Shown here piece by piece: positions 25,174-39,023 of a stretch of 64,000 nucleotides of DNA (position 1 is its first letter; each line of letters opens with the position of its first letter). Source of the stretch: Podarcis filfolensis (taxonomy: Eukaryota); NCBI GenBank assembly GCA_964270895.1, contig OZ185440.1. One strand, written 5' to 3'. The position numbers and the translations under genes were made by a program. Under the pieces are notes generated by a model, which was not told where the DNA came from, did not search any database, and was given only the letters and a program-made list of their open reading frames with translations.

Positions 25174-25306
25174 CTTTGAATTATCCGGTCCCCTTGGCTG
25201 ACGAAGAACAGTTAGACGAGGAGCGCTGGCATCATCCAAAGTAATGCTCTTTAAGCGATTAACAAGTCTATCAGGACGTGGAGCAGCTATGGCCTTAGCA
25301 CCTTCA
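25174..25306 (-). CDS. CSDE1: CSDE1 coding exon 17/18 (133 nt; [44 protein letters not shown])
   Basis: aacag|T ... AAG|gtatgt; C-terminal PRGPD motif. Confidence 0.96.
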
Positions 25307-26526
25307 CTGTTAATAGAAACAAACTAAATCATTAGGGGAAACATGTAGATGTGTATTTTAATGTGTGTGGTTTTTTTTTAAAGAGAGGAAAAAGCCAACT
25401 TTCTACTATAACAGCATTCATGCTGGTTATTAGTATCTTTTTCCACACTGCCCTGGAATAACTGTTTAATTTTGAAGGGGGATTCAGTGCAAGATATATG
25501 GACACCCTACAATGACAAATGTAGTTTTGATGTTGGATAAAATTCCATTATCAAAATGCATCCTAACAGGTAGATGCATTCCTAATCTGCAGTAATATTA
25601 TGCTCATGGCAGTAATCATGGCATGTGTGAAAGTTTCACTGAGTTAAGACTGCAGCTTTAATAGATATAAGTGTGCTTCTGGACTGCCAGTATCTTTAGC
25701 ACTCTGGCATGTAGACAATGCTCAACTATTATTCATCTGTATTTGCACATTTCCCATTAGACACCAGTACTGAACAGTCCCCTCACTAAGTAAGTTGTGG
25801 ACCAATGCAGGGGGCTTCAAATTAGGTAAAGGGAATCCCTGAGAATGTGTTTCCCACCCAAAGAACCACATCTCTCCCAAATCTAGATAAAATCTCAGAC
25901 TGGATGTGCAGTCTGAGGATTCCAAGAGGCAAAGGAGGGGAGTGAGAATACACACAAAGTGAAAGAGAAGATAAGCTGTTGGGAATGCAAGTGAGCTTTC
26001 TACTGAGCCAATTCCCAGAAGTCATAAACCATGTGAAAACCTTTCAGAAACTATGATTACAAAGTGGAAATACGTGAGAATTTGAAGTGCCTATCTTCTG
26101 TTTCTGCACACATGCAAAATAAAGCTGACAGTAATGGGAATGCAGGAAGCAATAAAATATGAAGAAAAACAGGATAACAAAAACAAAGTACAACAAAAAA
26201 GTGCAAGAAATCCACAACATAAGTTGGAGACATGAAAGTGCCAAGAAAGGCGCAATGAAAGAAATACTGCAGCTAATAAATGAAATACAATTTTGTGCTA
26301 AGAATGACAATTGGAATGGTAGAATAAGATCAAAATGTTTTGAAGTGGTTTCACTGATACTAATACTACAACCTTTAGGGTAGGTATAACTGCTTCAGCC
26401 TTAATGTTAAAAAAAAAACCCACCAATGATAACTGAATTATAGGGTAAGAAAGAACCGAGAAGGAAAACAGTAATGAAACTATAGTGATTTTTGTGCACA
26501 CAATGGTTTGTGTCCAAATGCAAGTA

Positions 26527-26731
26527 CAGGCAGGGACCACTTAAGGCGTGCCCGACATATGACTGACTGTGCACGCACACATTGCGCTGAAGCCAGAAGT
26601 GACCCCAAAAGTCACAAAAAGGGGTGGAATGGGGTGTTTGAATTTTTAAAAAGGGTTTCAGATGCACATGAATTAACTTAAAACATACAGTGCCTTGGAA
26701 CGTAACCCCCTTGTAAACTGGGAGTTGCCTG
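26527..26731. mobile_element. Degenerate Tigger-like MITE
   Basis: ta|caggca ... tgcctg|ta termini. Confidence 0.5.
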
Positions 26732-27744
26732 TAGAAGACTGTTCACAAAACCTGGCTTTCCCAACCCTCCCCATGACTACAGCATATAGGGAGCTTTGCT
26801 GTCACAAGATGGCCCCACCCAATTTCTGGTTTTCCCATTGCTGCCCCAGACCTCTCCTGAGAGTCCCAATCCCCTGCACCTTTTTTGGAGGGGGGGGGGG
26901 AAATGAAGGAGGCTTAAATACAAAAAAAGAGGACAGGTAAGCCATGTTGCATGAGTGATCATTTGTTCACAACCCATTATGTTTCGCAGATCCAAAAAAA
27001 TGGGAGAATAGGATGTTAAAGAGCTGATAGAACAAAATATATAAAGAGTAACTACTCAAGGAATTAATACATTTAGGAAATGGTCCTTGCACAGTATCTG
27101 GAGTACTGATGATTTTTTTTTTAAAGGTTTTGGAAATGAGTGGCACAGTAGTATTTCAAGCTTACAAATGTGTAAAATGAGTTCCTGAAAGGAACAGGTG
27201 AAGAAATAGAACATTAAAAGTTTATTAACGAACAGAGGGGGAAACCCAAACAGATGTATGTTGAATGCTAAAGAAATCAGTTCATGAAAGACATCTTTGA
27301 TGTGGCACTACTTAACTATCAGCTCTTGCCAACATGGCTGTACTGGCAGAGGCTGATGACAGCTATCTAGTCCAAAACATCTGGAGTGCACAGAGTTGAG
27401 GAAGGCTGCTATAAATGAAGAGAATCAATGAATGGAGTATGTATAACAATATGGTGCAAAGTAGGCCAATTTCCTCCTCTTCTTTCCCAATTTTTCCTTT
27501 TAAACCAACACCCTCAACATTAACTCATCCCATGTGGTACAAAGAAGGGAAATAAGGGCCACTGAAAGGCCCCTATACACAAAGCTTAATGGATTTTCAA
27601 TAATTTGTTCATCAGCAGCTACTTTCAAGATTCCAACTCGAGACAGCTCAAGGATGTCTGCCAATTTTCTATCAAGAAATCAGATCAGGATTGCTTGGTT
27701 TTCCCCCTGCAAGGGAGTAAGGTAAATTAGTATCTTTTGCTTAC

Positions 27745-27908
27745 CTAACACGCCACACATTACAGGCACTGCATTTCCCTGTGCGTTGATTGAGGATGAC
27801 TGAAAACTCTACTTCGTCACCAGCCTGCAGTTCCACACCATCCTGAACTTCTTTCACGTGAAAAAAGAGCTTTTTGCTGTCACCCACTTCATAGTTTATG
27901 AAACCAAA
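27745..27908 (-). CDS. CSDE1: CSDE1 coding exon 16/18 (164 nt; [18 protein letters not shown], cold-shock domain)
   Basis: cag|TTT ... GTT AG|gtaag; RNP-1 and RNP-2-like motifs. Confidence 0.97.
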
Positions 27909-28462
27909 CTGAAAAAGGGATGGAAATTGTCTTATCAATTGCACAACATGAGCAATCAAATGGTTTACAAGTAGGACTGAAATTTATTTACAGACAGCAC
28001 GTAATTTAGACTTTTTAGGGTGATATCCAATGATAGTCATACTCAAAGTAGACCCACTGAAATAAATGGATTCTACTATCATCTTAAATGTTTCCTGACA
28101 AAAGGGGATGCGGACCTCATTTTTTGAAAAACATTTTAGCCCTGCCCGATAAGATACTAAAAGAGAAAACATTTGTAACAGGTCTCTCCATGATCAATAA
28201 TATTTTCATACTTCCTGGCTTCTATCAAGATTCAAGAACTGTAATCTTGTCTTTTACACCCAAATGAAAGTTATAAATTCAGCTAATTAAACTGCTTGAA
28301 GGTCAAACTTGGGGCCTTCAAAATCTAGCTGGGTGCAAAAGAACAAGAATGCTATGTTAAATTCCAATAATTTCCTTCCAGTATTTAAACAGAGAAGGCC
28401 CTAATGCAGAAAAATCACACAAACAGCAAAGACATGGCTTGCATCTCAAGAAGTCCTCTCAC

Positions 28463-28641
28463 CTGATCTTTCACACATTCCACGGTGGCTCTGCGGAAAG
28501 GTGTAATGTTACAAGCCATTGTTTGTCCATTCTGACCAAGGACACAAAGCTGGAACTTTACGGTTTCTCCTTTTTGCAGACAGTCCCCCTTGTTTGCCAT
28601 ACCAACAATTCCAAAAGGATAGACTTCACCTTTCATTTCTC
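28463..28641 (-). CDS. CSDE1: CSDE1 coding exon 15/18 (179 nt)
   Basis: cag|GA GAA ATG AAA ... GAT CAG|gtgag. Confidence 0.96.
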
Positions 28642-28830
28642 CTGGAGAAGCAAGCATAACACAAAGACGTGTCATGGTTAAGAATTCTCAAGCAGCAGCT
28701 TCCATGTCATTTAGACATCACATTGTAACATGCAAGTCTCACTTCAACCAACTTTCCTAGAAAGATTCATTAGGGTACCAAACCAACTATGGAATTAGAT
28801 CAACCAATACTGGAAAGGCACACTACTCAC

Positions 28831-28950
28831 CATCTTCCATGACTTCAATCATTCCCTGGTATTCAGTCTGGGTGGGATCTACACTCCTGAGAGGACGAAT
28901 TACTTTACCCGTGTAAACAGCTGGATCAGCCTCATCTGTGATGCCATTCA
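28831..28950 (-). CDS. CSDE1: CSDE1 coding exon 14/18 (120 nt)
   Basis: tag|TG AAT GGC ... GAT G|gtgagt; NGITDEADPAVYTGKVIRPLRSVDPTQTEYQGMIEVMED. Confidence 0.96.
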
Positions 28951-30230
28951 CTATAAAACAAGGTCATCCGCATTACAAGTAGCAATCTTTCCCAGAGAAC
29001 TTTATGGAGCTTAGCAGAGTCACCCTGTATCAAGTAAAACCTGTCCTACCATGGCTAAAGGTATGGAAATCTAGAAGTGGCAGGTTTGCAAAATGCAGGG
29101 GGGGGGGGATGGAATCTAGGTAGAAAGATAGCCCTTAATACTTTTTTCCTAATATTTGCTATCTGGAAACACAGTAGTACATCACTAGATGTCATGGGAA
29201 AGTCTCTGAGAATACTGAAAACAGCAATTCATCCACATGCTGTCAGTACTGGCTTTTCTTCATATGTTTGGGAAGGGCACAAAGTACACCTAACTATGCA
29301 CTTCACGTTTTCCTTGTATATGGAACCTGAGGGAATCACATTCCAATGTGCAACTCCCCGCATACATTCTAAGATGTAACACTACATCTCTAGCACAGAA
29401 GTTTAAATAAGCTCACTGGGTAGCTACACTGTCAATTTTTCTACTGCACTGTTTCCCAATATTGAGTAGTGCAATTCTACAATTTGTGGCAATTATAGGG
29501 TAAAGTTTTTTAGTTCTGTATCCTTGCTATTCAGTTTCCAATACAGTGTTCCGAAATATTTTATATCAGAATCTGCAACCCATATGAAGAGAGTAAGGTT
29601 CCCACGCTTCGGTCAAAATACCATATAGGAATACAGAGCCAAACAACACTTTATAGCAAGAGTGAGGAACCTTTTGGGTTTCATGGGCTAGATCCTGATC
29701 AGGATTAGCCTCACAGACCAAATATGACAGGTGCGTGGAGCCAGCCATCTGCCAATCACACATCATTATGATATCATGATTGATTGATTTGTACTCCACA
29801 CTTGACAAAATCCTTTGTGGGGTTCCCAAGCAAGAAGGCTACGCTTTAAAATGCAAGCTTTTTACTGTTTTCACAGTAGCAGCAGTAGAAGTTGCAGCAG
29901 TTGCTGTCAACTTATTTGTCCCCTTTGTCCTGCTTTTCATGTCATATATGTGTTAGTTTTATCTAATCCAAAACACGAATAGAACAGGTTTGTAATTAGC
30001 CTTGTTTCTAAGCAAGAATTGCCCTCAGGCAACCAAGACAGATCTAATTCTCACTTCTAGTTTTAGATAATAAACCATTACAGTGGAACAGTCCGAGGCT
30101 GGAATTAAGTTCCTGTTTTTCAAACCTGGGATAAATGCAACAAGCAGGCATCCACAAAATTGTCAGCACCAAGTACATACCATTTGATGACCAATATTTG
30201 GCTTTAAAAGAAATTTAAAAACAGCTTTAC

Positions 30231-30343
30231 CTGCATGTGTCTTGTTCACTTTCTCTGCACTGACTTTGTTTCCTTTGCCTTTTGATAAGCTGTATTCAAC
30301 CATATCGCCAAGTTCCAGGCTATCGATATCACCACAGAATTCA
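30231..30343 (-). CDS. CSDE1: CSDE1 coding exon 13/18 (113 nt)
   Basis: cag|T GAA TTC ... GCA G|gtaaag. Confidence 0.96.
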
Positions 30344-30831
30344 CTGCAAACAATTATAAAGAAATCTTGAGTCTGCATAAATGTAACCAAGAATGCCATC
30401 CCAACAAATTTACATTTTTAGCAAACCAATACAAATGGGATGGCCTTGAGACTCTAATTTCTTTTCAAGCGTTCACAGTGCAGCAGGCTGCATATCATGT
30501 AGAAGACCTAATTTATTAACCAGAGGTCAAATGTTTACTTTATATAAGAGCCCTATGCAACACCCATAGCATGCCACTATCAATAACATTACAAATGGAT
30601 CTTCCATGAGTATTTTTTACATCAGCCATTATTTGTGTAAATTAAAATAAGCTTATAAAATGTGAATATGCAGCATATATAAAGTGGGGATGTTTATGTC
30701 ACTAGTATAGGAGCAAAAAACCTATGCCCTCAGCATATGCTGTACAACTCACATTAGCCTAACTAAGCACAATTACTAGTCAGAGACAATGGGAGTTGTA
30801 GTCCAGTTTAGAGAGCAATATATCAAAGCTA

Positions 30832-31056
30832 CAGTGGTACCTCTAGTTACAAACCTAATTTGTTCTGGAGGTCCGTTCTTAACCTGAAACTATTCTTAAC
30901 TAGAGGCGTGCTTTCACTAATGGGGCCTCTTGCAGCTGCTGCGCCGCCAGCACATGATTTCCATTCTCATCCTGGGGCAAAGTTCTCAACTCGAAGTAAC
31001 TCTTCTAGGTTAGCAGAGTTTGTAACCTGAGGCATTTGTAACTCGAGGTACCACTG
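30832..31056. mobile_element. Tc1/mariner MITE, same family as 18162
   Basis: ta|cagtggtacctc ... gaggtaccactg|ta. Confidence 0.88.
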
Positions 31057-31140
31057 TATATCTATTTTGCTATTGCCAGTGACTGAAAGGTCTTTAACTT
31101 GTTACACACATACACTGGAATAATACTTTTGATAAGCTTT

Positions 31141-31250
31141 GTAAAGGTAAAGGACCTCTGGACAGTTAAGTCCAGTCAAAGGCGACTATGGGGTGTGGCG
31201 CTCATCTTGCATCATGCGGCCAGCATGACTAAACCGCTTCTGGCGCAGCG
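31141..31250 (-). mobile_element. Sauria SINE 3' fragment with an internal deletion
   Basis: gtaaaggtaaaggacctctggac tail; cagcatgactaaaccgcttctggcg. Confidence 0.75.
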
Positions 31251-31282
31251 GAATACCAATGGGTGTGTCTGTTGCTGTATAG

Positions 31283-31575
31283 CAGGGGTGTCCAAACGGT
31301 GGATCGTGATCGACAGGTCAATCCCCGGATGATCATGGTCGATCGTGGGATCCTTATCGCTCGCATTTAGAATCATGTCTCCGTCCCCCTCCCCGCTTGG
31401 TCTTTCCCTGCACCGGGTTTAGTGTGTGTTCTTCTGTTAACGGCTGTGTTGTTGGTGAGCGATTCATTTTAATTATCCACACTCAACAACTCTGAACTCC
31501 CCGCTCAAGGGCAGATCACTGCCAGTTTATTTTTCTAGGAGTAGATCGCTGTTTCTTGGGAGTTGGACGTCCCTG
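31283..31575. mobile_element. hAT MITE
   Basis: TIR caggggtgtccaa ... ttggacgtccctg; 8-bp TSD ctgtatag / ctgtacag (7 of 8 match). Confidence 0.85.
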
Positions 31576-32354
31576 CTGTACAGCGTGAGCCAGACAGAAA
31601 CTTGCAGGGAACCCAGGCCTGAGATTCTCCATCCCTGCTACATAGAGCACTCATGTTTCAGTTTTTTTAGGATTATAGGAAGATTTTTTCACATTAAGGT
31701 TAATATGCAGTCTGCGCGGAGCAGACAAAGCATGCTATTTGACCCTGCAAACCAACCAACTCAGTATTAACCATCTGTTCCACAGCAGGATGCACAGGGA
31801 CTCTTGCTTGCTACTGTGTGCAAAGATCTGGGGATGCAGACACTAATCCAGCACTGGCATTATACAAGTGGAACAAAGCTTCTGCCACATCATCCTAAAC
31901 CTGTTTGGGGAGCAGTAGTTACAGTCACAAATCCAATTATGAGTCTTCTGCTAGCAGGCATTCAACTCAACCAATTGTTATGGCTGGTGAAGGAAGACTC
32001 CACCTGTCTCAGAATTCTGTGCCCTCACTGGAAATTTTCATCCTCCTTCCAGATGTTATATGTACACCAAAGGAGGTTCCCACTTTTCAGAACCACTGGA
32101 GCACACTTAAATGAGATGGTAACGGTTTCCATATGGGGACTGCAGCACATGACATCATGATGCAAGAGCTGACCACATGGACCCCCTTCCAATATACAGA
32201 GCACCTCCACATTACTGTTAGTAGTCTCAAGGAACAGTCAGTGGTGATGTGGAGACTCCTGTGTGCTGCTGTATGGACCATGTAGAAGCTGCTTCATCCG
32301 GCCTGTACCATACCTGATTTAATGTGCAACAAACTCTTAGACTAATCAACTTGC

Positions 32355-32530
32355 CTGTAATGGAAGAAAATCTCCTTATCGTGATTGGCTGTTTCAATAA
32401 ATCCAAAGTTATCCTTTAGAGTTGCCACATATCCTAAAAGCCTTTTTGAACTGTAGTTTCTACCAAGCATTCTTACAGATGTAGCTGTTTGCAACCCAGT
32501 TCTCTTCACTTCACAGACTGTAAACTCAAC
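32355..32530 (-). CDS. CSDE1: CSDE1 coding exon 12/18 (176 nt), ends at a GC donor
   Basis: tag|GTT GAG TTT ... CAT TAC AG|gcaagt; DNFGFIETANHDKEIFFHY. Confidence 0.95.
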
Positions 32531-33132
32531 CTATTTGGGAAAAGATATCAGACAAAATAAAATGCCTTCTAGAAGCATTGGGAAGATCACATGCACTTCT
32601 GGAAGTAATCTAATGGAACATTTTGCTTTTTCCCAGAAGTGAAAACAACTTATGGTAGTATTAGCTCTCTTTTGAAAATCCCCTCACTGAGGCTATTCAA
32701 TTCTCAAGGGTTGAAAGTCAGTACTCTCTTATTATGCCATTTAAAGTTGAACGTCAGCAGTCTCATTTGTAGCCAAACAAGAGAAGGGATTCACATACTA
32801 ATTCACAACAGTCTTTTATAGTGACACCATTGTTTTTTGTGGAGATCTTATTTTTTAAAAAATATATTACACAAAAGCAGCCTTAAACAAATCTTAACCC
32901 AGGGACACAAGATGTTGGTGTAAGGTTCATAGCCTGAATGGTTCTCAACTTCTGAAGAGAGGCCACAACTATGCACCAGTTCTCAGTATACTCTAATAAT
33001 ATTAAGGAGGTAATGAGGTAATAATTACAAATCAACACAGATAGTGAAAACTGAAAAACCAAGAAGGATCTCTAGAAGTATTTTACACAATCATGGGCAT
33101 TCTTACATTTTTAAAAACAGTATGCATATTAC

Positions 33133-33240
33133 CTTATCTCCTATCTGAGGAGAAGTAGATCCTTCCACATCCTTAGCCTGATAGGGAATGGTCAGCTTCT
33201 CCCCACAATCATCATAAGCAATTATTCCCTCTTCAGCTTC
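33133..33240 (-). CDS. CSDE1: CSDE1 coding exon 11/18 (108 nt)
   Basis: tag|GAA GCT GAA ... GAT AAG|gtaat. Confidence 0.96.
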
Positions 33241-33982
33241 CTAAAAGTGGGGCGAGGGGGGAAGGAAATAAAATACAAAAGGATCAAAACTGAAGAATTT
33301 AACTTTTTCCAATAGACCACAGCCTGACAGTCAATACAAATGTGAACTGGTAGTGTGAACATAGGTATTCAGTGGCAGAAAATATACTAAGTTTTGTAAT
33401 CATGAAATTCACTAGTTTTGACACAGATGTATTTATACAGGGAAACACCTCATTTTTTAAAATGATGTATAACCAATCACTGTTGGAACTTCAAGAAAGC
33501 CTATCCTATCTTTTTCTACTTGGGATTATACAGGAAAGTAGTATCAATTAGGTAACTCATGACCAGTTTCTGAAATATATAATACCTAGTTTCCACTGAA
33601 CAGAGATATTGCTAGCATTAGTGTAATCAGGATTTGATTTAAGGCCCTAAACTATTTTAGCAATGAGGAAGGTTAATGCAACAGGTATGTTTCCACTAGA
33701 TACTTTGTATAAGAATAAGTTCATAGGAGAGATGCTCCTAGGATTCAGCACCTATGTTTATTTCTACAACCAAAAACAATCTACATTATGCTTATAGAAA
33801 ACTCAAACCTTGCAACCGCACTAAGTAAATCAAGTTTAGACACACTTGCAAGACCAGCTTTTGTACTTCCATTATCTTGTTAGAATATGTGTGTTTATCC
33901 ATCTCAAAGGACACATGAAATATAAAAGTACGGAAACTGTTATCTTCAGCCAGAGAATGTTTATAAATATATTCCTTGTCTA

Positions 33983-34285
<303 letters not shown>

Positions 34286-34395
34286 TTATTTTATTTGGCT
34301 GTTTTCATTATTAGTTTTATCTCTGCTTTAATTAGTACCGTAAGCAATCTTGAGATCTTATTAGATGAAAGATAATAATGAAGCATAGTAAGTCA

Positions 34396-34632
<237 letters not shown>

Positions 34633-34658
34633 CTATAGCTGATGAAGAATCCTTAGAG

Positions 34659-34795
34659 CAGGGACTCCCAAACTTGGGTCTCCAGCTGTTTTCAGACTAT
34701 AACTCCCATCATCCCTAGGCTAGCAGGACCAGTGGTCAGGGATGATAGGAACTGTAGTCCAAACACAGCTGGAGACCCAAGTTTGGGAAACCCTG
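34659..34795. mobile_element. Palindromic hAT MITE (137 bp)
   Basis: Perfect 8-bp TSD ccttagag; about 58-bp inverted arms starting cagggactcccaaacttgggtctccagctg. Confidence 0.92.
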
Positions 34796-34853
34796 CCTTA
34801 GAGGATATCTGTCAGGTACAACAGAATACCATCTAGTCCACAATGCTCTAGGC

Positions 34854-35146
34854 CAGGGGTCAGCAACCTTTTTCAGCCGTGGGCTGGTCCACTGTCCCTC
34901 AGACCATGTGGGGGGCCAGACTAACTATCTATCTATCTATCTCTATCTATCTAATCTATCTATCTATAGGGGGGGGGGGGGAATGAACGAATTCATATGC
35001 CCCACAAATAGCCCAGAGATGCATTTTAAATAAAAGGACACATACTACTCATGTAAAAACACGCTGATTCCTGGACCATCCGCGGGCTGGATTGAGAAGG
35101 TGATTGAGCTGCATCCGGCCCCTGGGCCTTAGGTTGCCTACCCCCA
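34854..35146. mobile_element. hAT MITE containing a (CTAT)n microsatellite and a G run
   Basis: Perfect 8-bp TSD ctctaggc; TIR caggggtcagcaacc ... ggttgcctaccccca. Confidence 0.9.
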
Positions 35147-36370
35147 CTCTAGGCATTCTCTCCGTGACTTAAAAAACAGTCATCAGCCTAATAAGTCAAT
35201 GAGAGAACTCAAGCCACATGTGAACCAAGCGAAAAATAAATGTTATAAAATAATGACACGTCTATGGCAGTAATTGTGCCCAACACTCCCCCGCCCCGCC
35301 AGAAAAACCCTACAATGGAAGAGCATAAAAAGCTTATTGATTCAGATAAATGGTAGTTTTTAGGAAAACTCTAAGACAAATCCAGAGCAAGCAGACAATA
35401 TCTCAGTGAACTGTTTCCTTCTCACAAAGCTTTTTCTTCCTTTTCTCACTCTAATTCCTCAGAGTGGAAAAAACTGTGAGGCATTATTCACTGAAAATAA
35501 CTGTATTCTCAGATGGAGGATTCAAAACATTGTGCAACTAGCTGTACAACTCCCAACATGGCTCTGAACTTGCAAGCCTTTGAGGTTAAGCTCAAATTGC
35601 TCTCTGAATTTTAACATCAGTTTTTAAGATGCAAAACTTTCTGAAAACTGAGATAAAGTGGAAAGAGGCAACAGAAGGATTTCAATGCAATTCCTGCTAC
35701 ACATTTCCTTTAAAATGGGATTTGTAAATCAGAAAATTTTCTATTTTACAAATGCAAGTTTCATGTACTCCCTTCTCCATGGGAGCAATTCAGCACTGGA
35801 ATGCCCTCCCATTGTCATGCTTATTATTATATTTCTTGGTCACTTATCTAAAAAATAAATGACTTCCATTTCCTCTCCACCACCAGGACCCCACCCCCCA
35901 AATCTGCTCCAGAGGGTTTCCCAACCACCCAGAGGTTGGGGATCTGAGGGTGCACAAGGGCAGGAGGGGACAGCAGAGAATGAGGATGTTCTATTGTGCA
36001 CATAGAAATGTATTTATAGTATGTATATAGACATATAGAACTAAAGTTAGAATTCTGTAAAACTGCAGCTCGCCGCATCTTCTATCAAAGGCTTCCTTGG
36101 AAAATAATTCCTCACGTAGCCAGGAGAAATGCAACATGCTGAAGATTCAGACAACTTCTCAGGACTATTTCAGTGTTCATTGCTACATAAATCTAGCATC
36201 ATTCTACAGTACCAGCAATGCTAAATGAGGCAACAGTAATTATATCCTATTTCTCTGTGTAGAACACTTACATCCGAGTAGATCTCTATAGAATTGTGCT
36301 GTAATTCTCACTGAGTTCAATGGAACATACTCCTATGAAAGTAGACATGGCATGCATTTTAATTACTTAC

Positions 36371-36583
36371 CATTTCTCTAGCCTCATTAGTGAGTTGGAA
36401 AGTATTGGGAAGAACTTCAATATTAGTGGCTCGTTCCAATTTGTCACGCCGATCTGTTGAAATGTTGAATCTAACGTGGTCACCTTCCAACAGCGTCACC
36501 TTTGATTTTGTATCTTTGTCTCCAAATGGAAGTTCTTTAGGAATCACAAAGTCTACTTTTATACGCCCAGGTAATGGGTCATT
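36371..36583 (-). CDS. CSDE1: CSDE1 coding exon 8/18 (213 nt)
   Basis: cag|AAT GAC CCA ... GAA ATG|gtaagt. Confidence 0.97.
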
Positions 36584-36827
36584 CTGATCAGAGTACAAAA
36601 GAAAGGCCATATTAGAGCTTTCCAGGATTTTACAGTTTTAAAACATCAACTGAGAGCTGAACAAGTTCCATCTTCCATTGTAGCACCCAAGGATGCCTCT
36701 TTCATTAATGATTTACCCAATTTGTTTCCCGTTACTGAATTTGCTCAGTGTCACAGACTATCAAAGTACTTTAAGACAAACATTTACAAATAAATTTCTG
36801 TACACAATAATGTAAGACATTTCCTAC

Positions 36828-36953
36828 CTGATTTTTGTTGGGTACTTTTGGAATTACTTTGGTTACTGTTCCCTCAAAGTGTTCAATGCTGATATCTTCA
36901 AAAATAACAGTTCCTTGAGGCAAAAGTCTTACATCAGTTGCAACTTCTTTACC
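36828..36953 (-). CDS. CSDE1: CSDE1 coding exon 7/18 (126 nt)
   Basis: tag|GGT AAA GAA ... AAT CAG|gtagg. Confidence 0.96.
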
Positions 36954-37111
36954 CTATAAGCAGAAAATTAAACCAAATAGTCAACTGGTTAAGTAGTTAC
37001 AAGGACCAACAATAGGTCACACAACATACAAATCTAATGGAGATATCTAAGGAAGTTCCTGCAATGTCATGCATTTACAATTTAAGTTGGAGTTAAGAAA
37101 TTTGGTCTTAC

Positions 37112-37240
37112 ATTTCTGTCTTTGATTGTGAACTCCACATCATCACCAGGCTGTAAGGCTTCTAGGTCACCTTTAAATTCGCTATAGTGAAAGAATATCT
37201 CCTTTACAACATCACCTCTTTCAATGAATCCAAAGGCTTC
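37112..37240 (-). CDS. CSDE1: CSDE1 coding exon 6/18 (129 nt; EAFGFIERGDVVKEIFFHY)
   Basis: tag|GAA GCC ... AGA AAT|gtaag. Confidence 0.97.
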
Positions 37241-37607
37241 CTAAGAAGAAAATAGGATCGTTAAGCAAAGAGATGCTATCTTGATCTATATCCACCTAGC
37301 TGGAATAAAACGTATTTTTTTTGGTGACTAATAGTCATTAGAAAGATCTACAGCTAAAAATGTGCATATATAAAAACTTTTTAAAGGAGGAATGAGTGAA
37401 TTATATAAAGCCCAATCTAATGCCTGCTATCTCAGATGCTCTCTCAGATGCAAGATCTAATGTTCAATGAGACTTCCTCCCAAGCAACCTTACATGGAAG
37501 TTCTGTCTCAAAAGTACTAGAATAAGTCTATACACCTTCTCCTCCACACCTACGTGGTTCCATAACTGTACAAGTAAATTTCAGAAAGTAGTTAAGTGTT
37601 AATTTAC

Positions 37608-37689
37608 CTTCATGGCACAAACTACTCCTTGACACCGAGCCTGTTTCTTTTTCAAAAGCATAATGTTACGAGCACTTACAGCACCAGTA
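37608..37689 (-). CDS. CSDE1: CSDE1 coding exon 5/18 (82 nt)
   Basis: tag|T ACT GGT ... ATG AAG|gtaaat. Confidence 0.96.
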
Positions 37690-38508
37690 CTATGGGAAAA
37701 AGTAGATGAAGGTCACATAAGGAAAATATAATTCAATGACTTATCACAATACAGCCAACTACAGAATGATTCTTAAATTCTATGAGTGACTCCAGTTGTG
37801 TTTATCTGGGGTTGCCATATTTCAAGAAGTAAAAATTCGGACACCAAAAATTGTTGTTTTTAGGGCTATCGCCTGATAGCTCCGCCGCTGCCACCAAGCC
37901 CAGGTTGCCTGAGCACATACATGCACACACACACACACAAAATTAAACCCCAAATCCAGGACATCTGCTTTAAAATGTAAATTTCCCCTCAAAAAGGACA
38001 TGTCCAGGAATTCCCAGACATATTGAAACCCTAGTTTATCCCACCAGAGCAGATTGGGGTGGGGGGACTAGGAGGGATGAGTTACATGAGTTGGTGGAAT
38101 ACTGGGTCACCTTATATGTTTAATGTGCTAAATTCTATTCTACAAACTGGAAAGACATAAATCTTCTTTCGTTATGACCAGGAGATTTTAAGATGAAAAC
38201 ATCACACTGCTACAATCTCTTTACTTGAAGTACACATTCACATTTAGGTCTAAAAAAAAAAAAAAAAAAGGCAAGTTTCCTATTAGATAGCTGTACTGCA
38301 GATTATCCATTTGTCTGTGAAAGAAAAAGCCAAACTGACTAGCAATTTTAATAACCACTCAAAAACAAAGCTTCTTCAGAAACTTGATCTGAATGGCCTT
38401 TGCAAAGTTTGCTAAGTATACTTCAACTCAAGTAGTAACACTAGTTTCTGGAGAACTTTACTACCTTAGAGCCAACATGGATTCAGTCATTACAATGTAT
38501 CTACTTAC

Positions 38509-38606
38509 TGTTTATTTGTATCAATAATGAAGTTAATTTTATCTCCGGTTTCCAGCTGTACATTTCCTTCAACATCTTCTGGGGTGTAAGTTAAGTAGAA
38601 CACTTC
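38509..38606 (-). CDS. CSDE1: CSDE1 coding exon 4/18 (98 nt)
   Basis: cag|GAA GTG TTC ... AAA CA|gtaagt. Confidence 0.96.
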
Positions 38607-39023
38607 CTGTGAATTAAAATTTGATATCATTAATATTTTGCTATGAGTAGAGAAATTTATAAAGTCCTGGTTAGTTTAAACTTCTGAGTTTCAGAACTTG
38701 GGAAGTGTGCAGAATATCTGATGTTTTATTAGCATTTTATGAAACTAAAAAATAGTCACAGTGAAGACATTAGTAAACAGTTAACTTTTCTGCTTCATTT
38801 TAACTAGCCATATAATTCTAGACTGAAGTTGTGAAAATATTTCAGAATTACAGTCAAAACATGAAGTCAGATGTTTTCTATTTCAATAAATAAGTTTTTA
38901 GCAATTTAAATTTTAACTTTTTAAAGCAAGTACAGTTTTTTCACTGTCTACTCTGGCAAGTATTTTAGTTTAAATCATATTGGAGGATCAGTCAAAAAGT
39001 TTAAGTAAATACATAAGTTTTAC

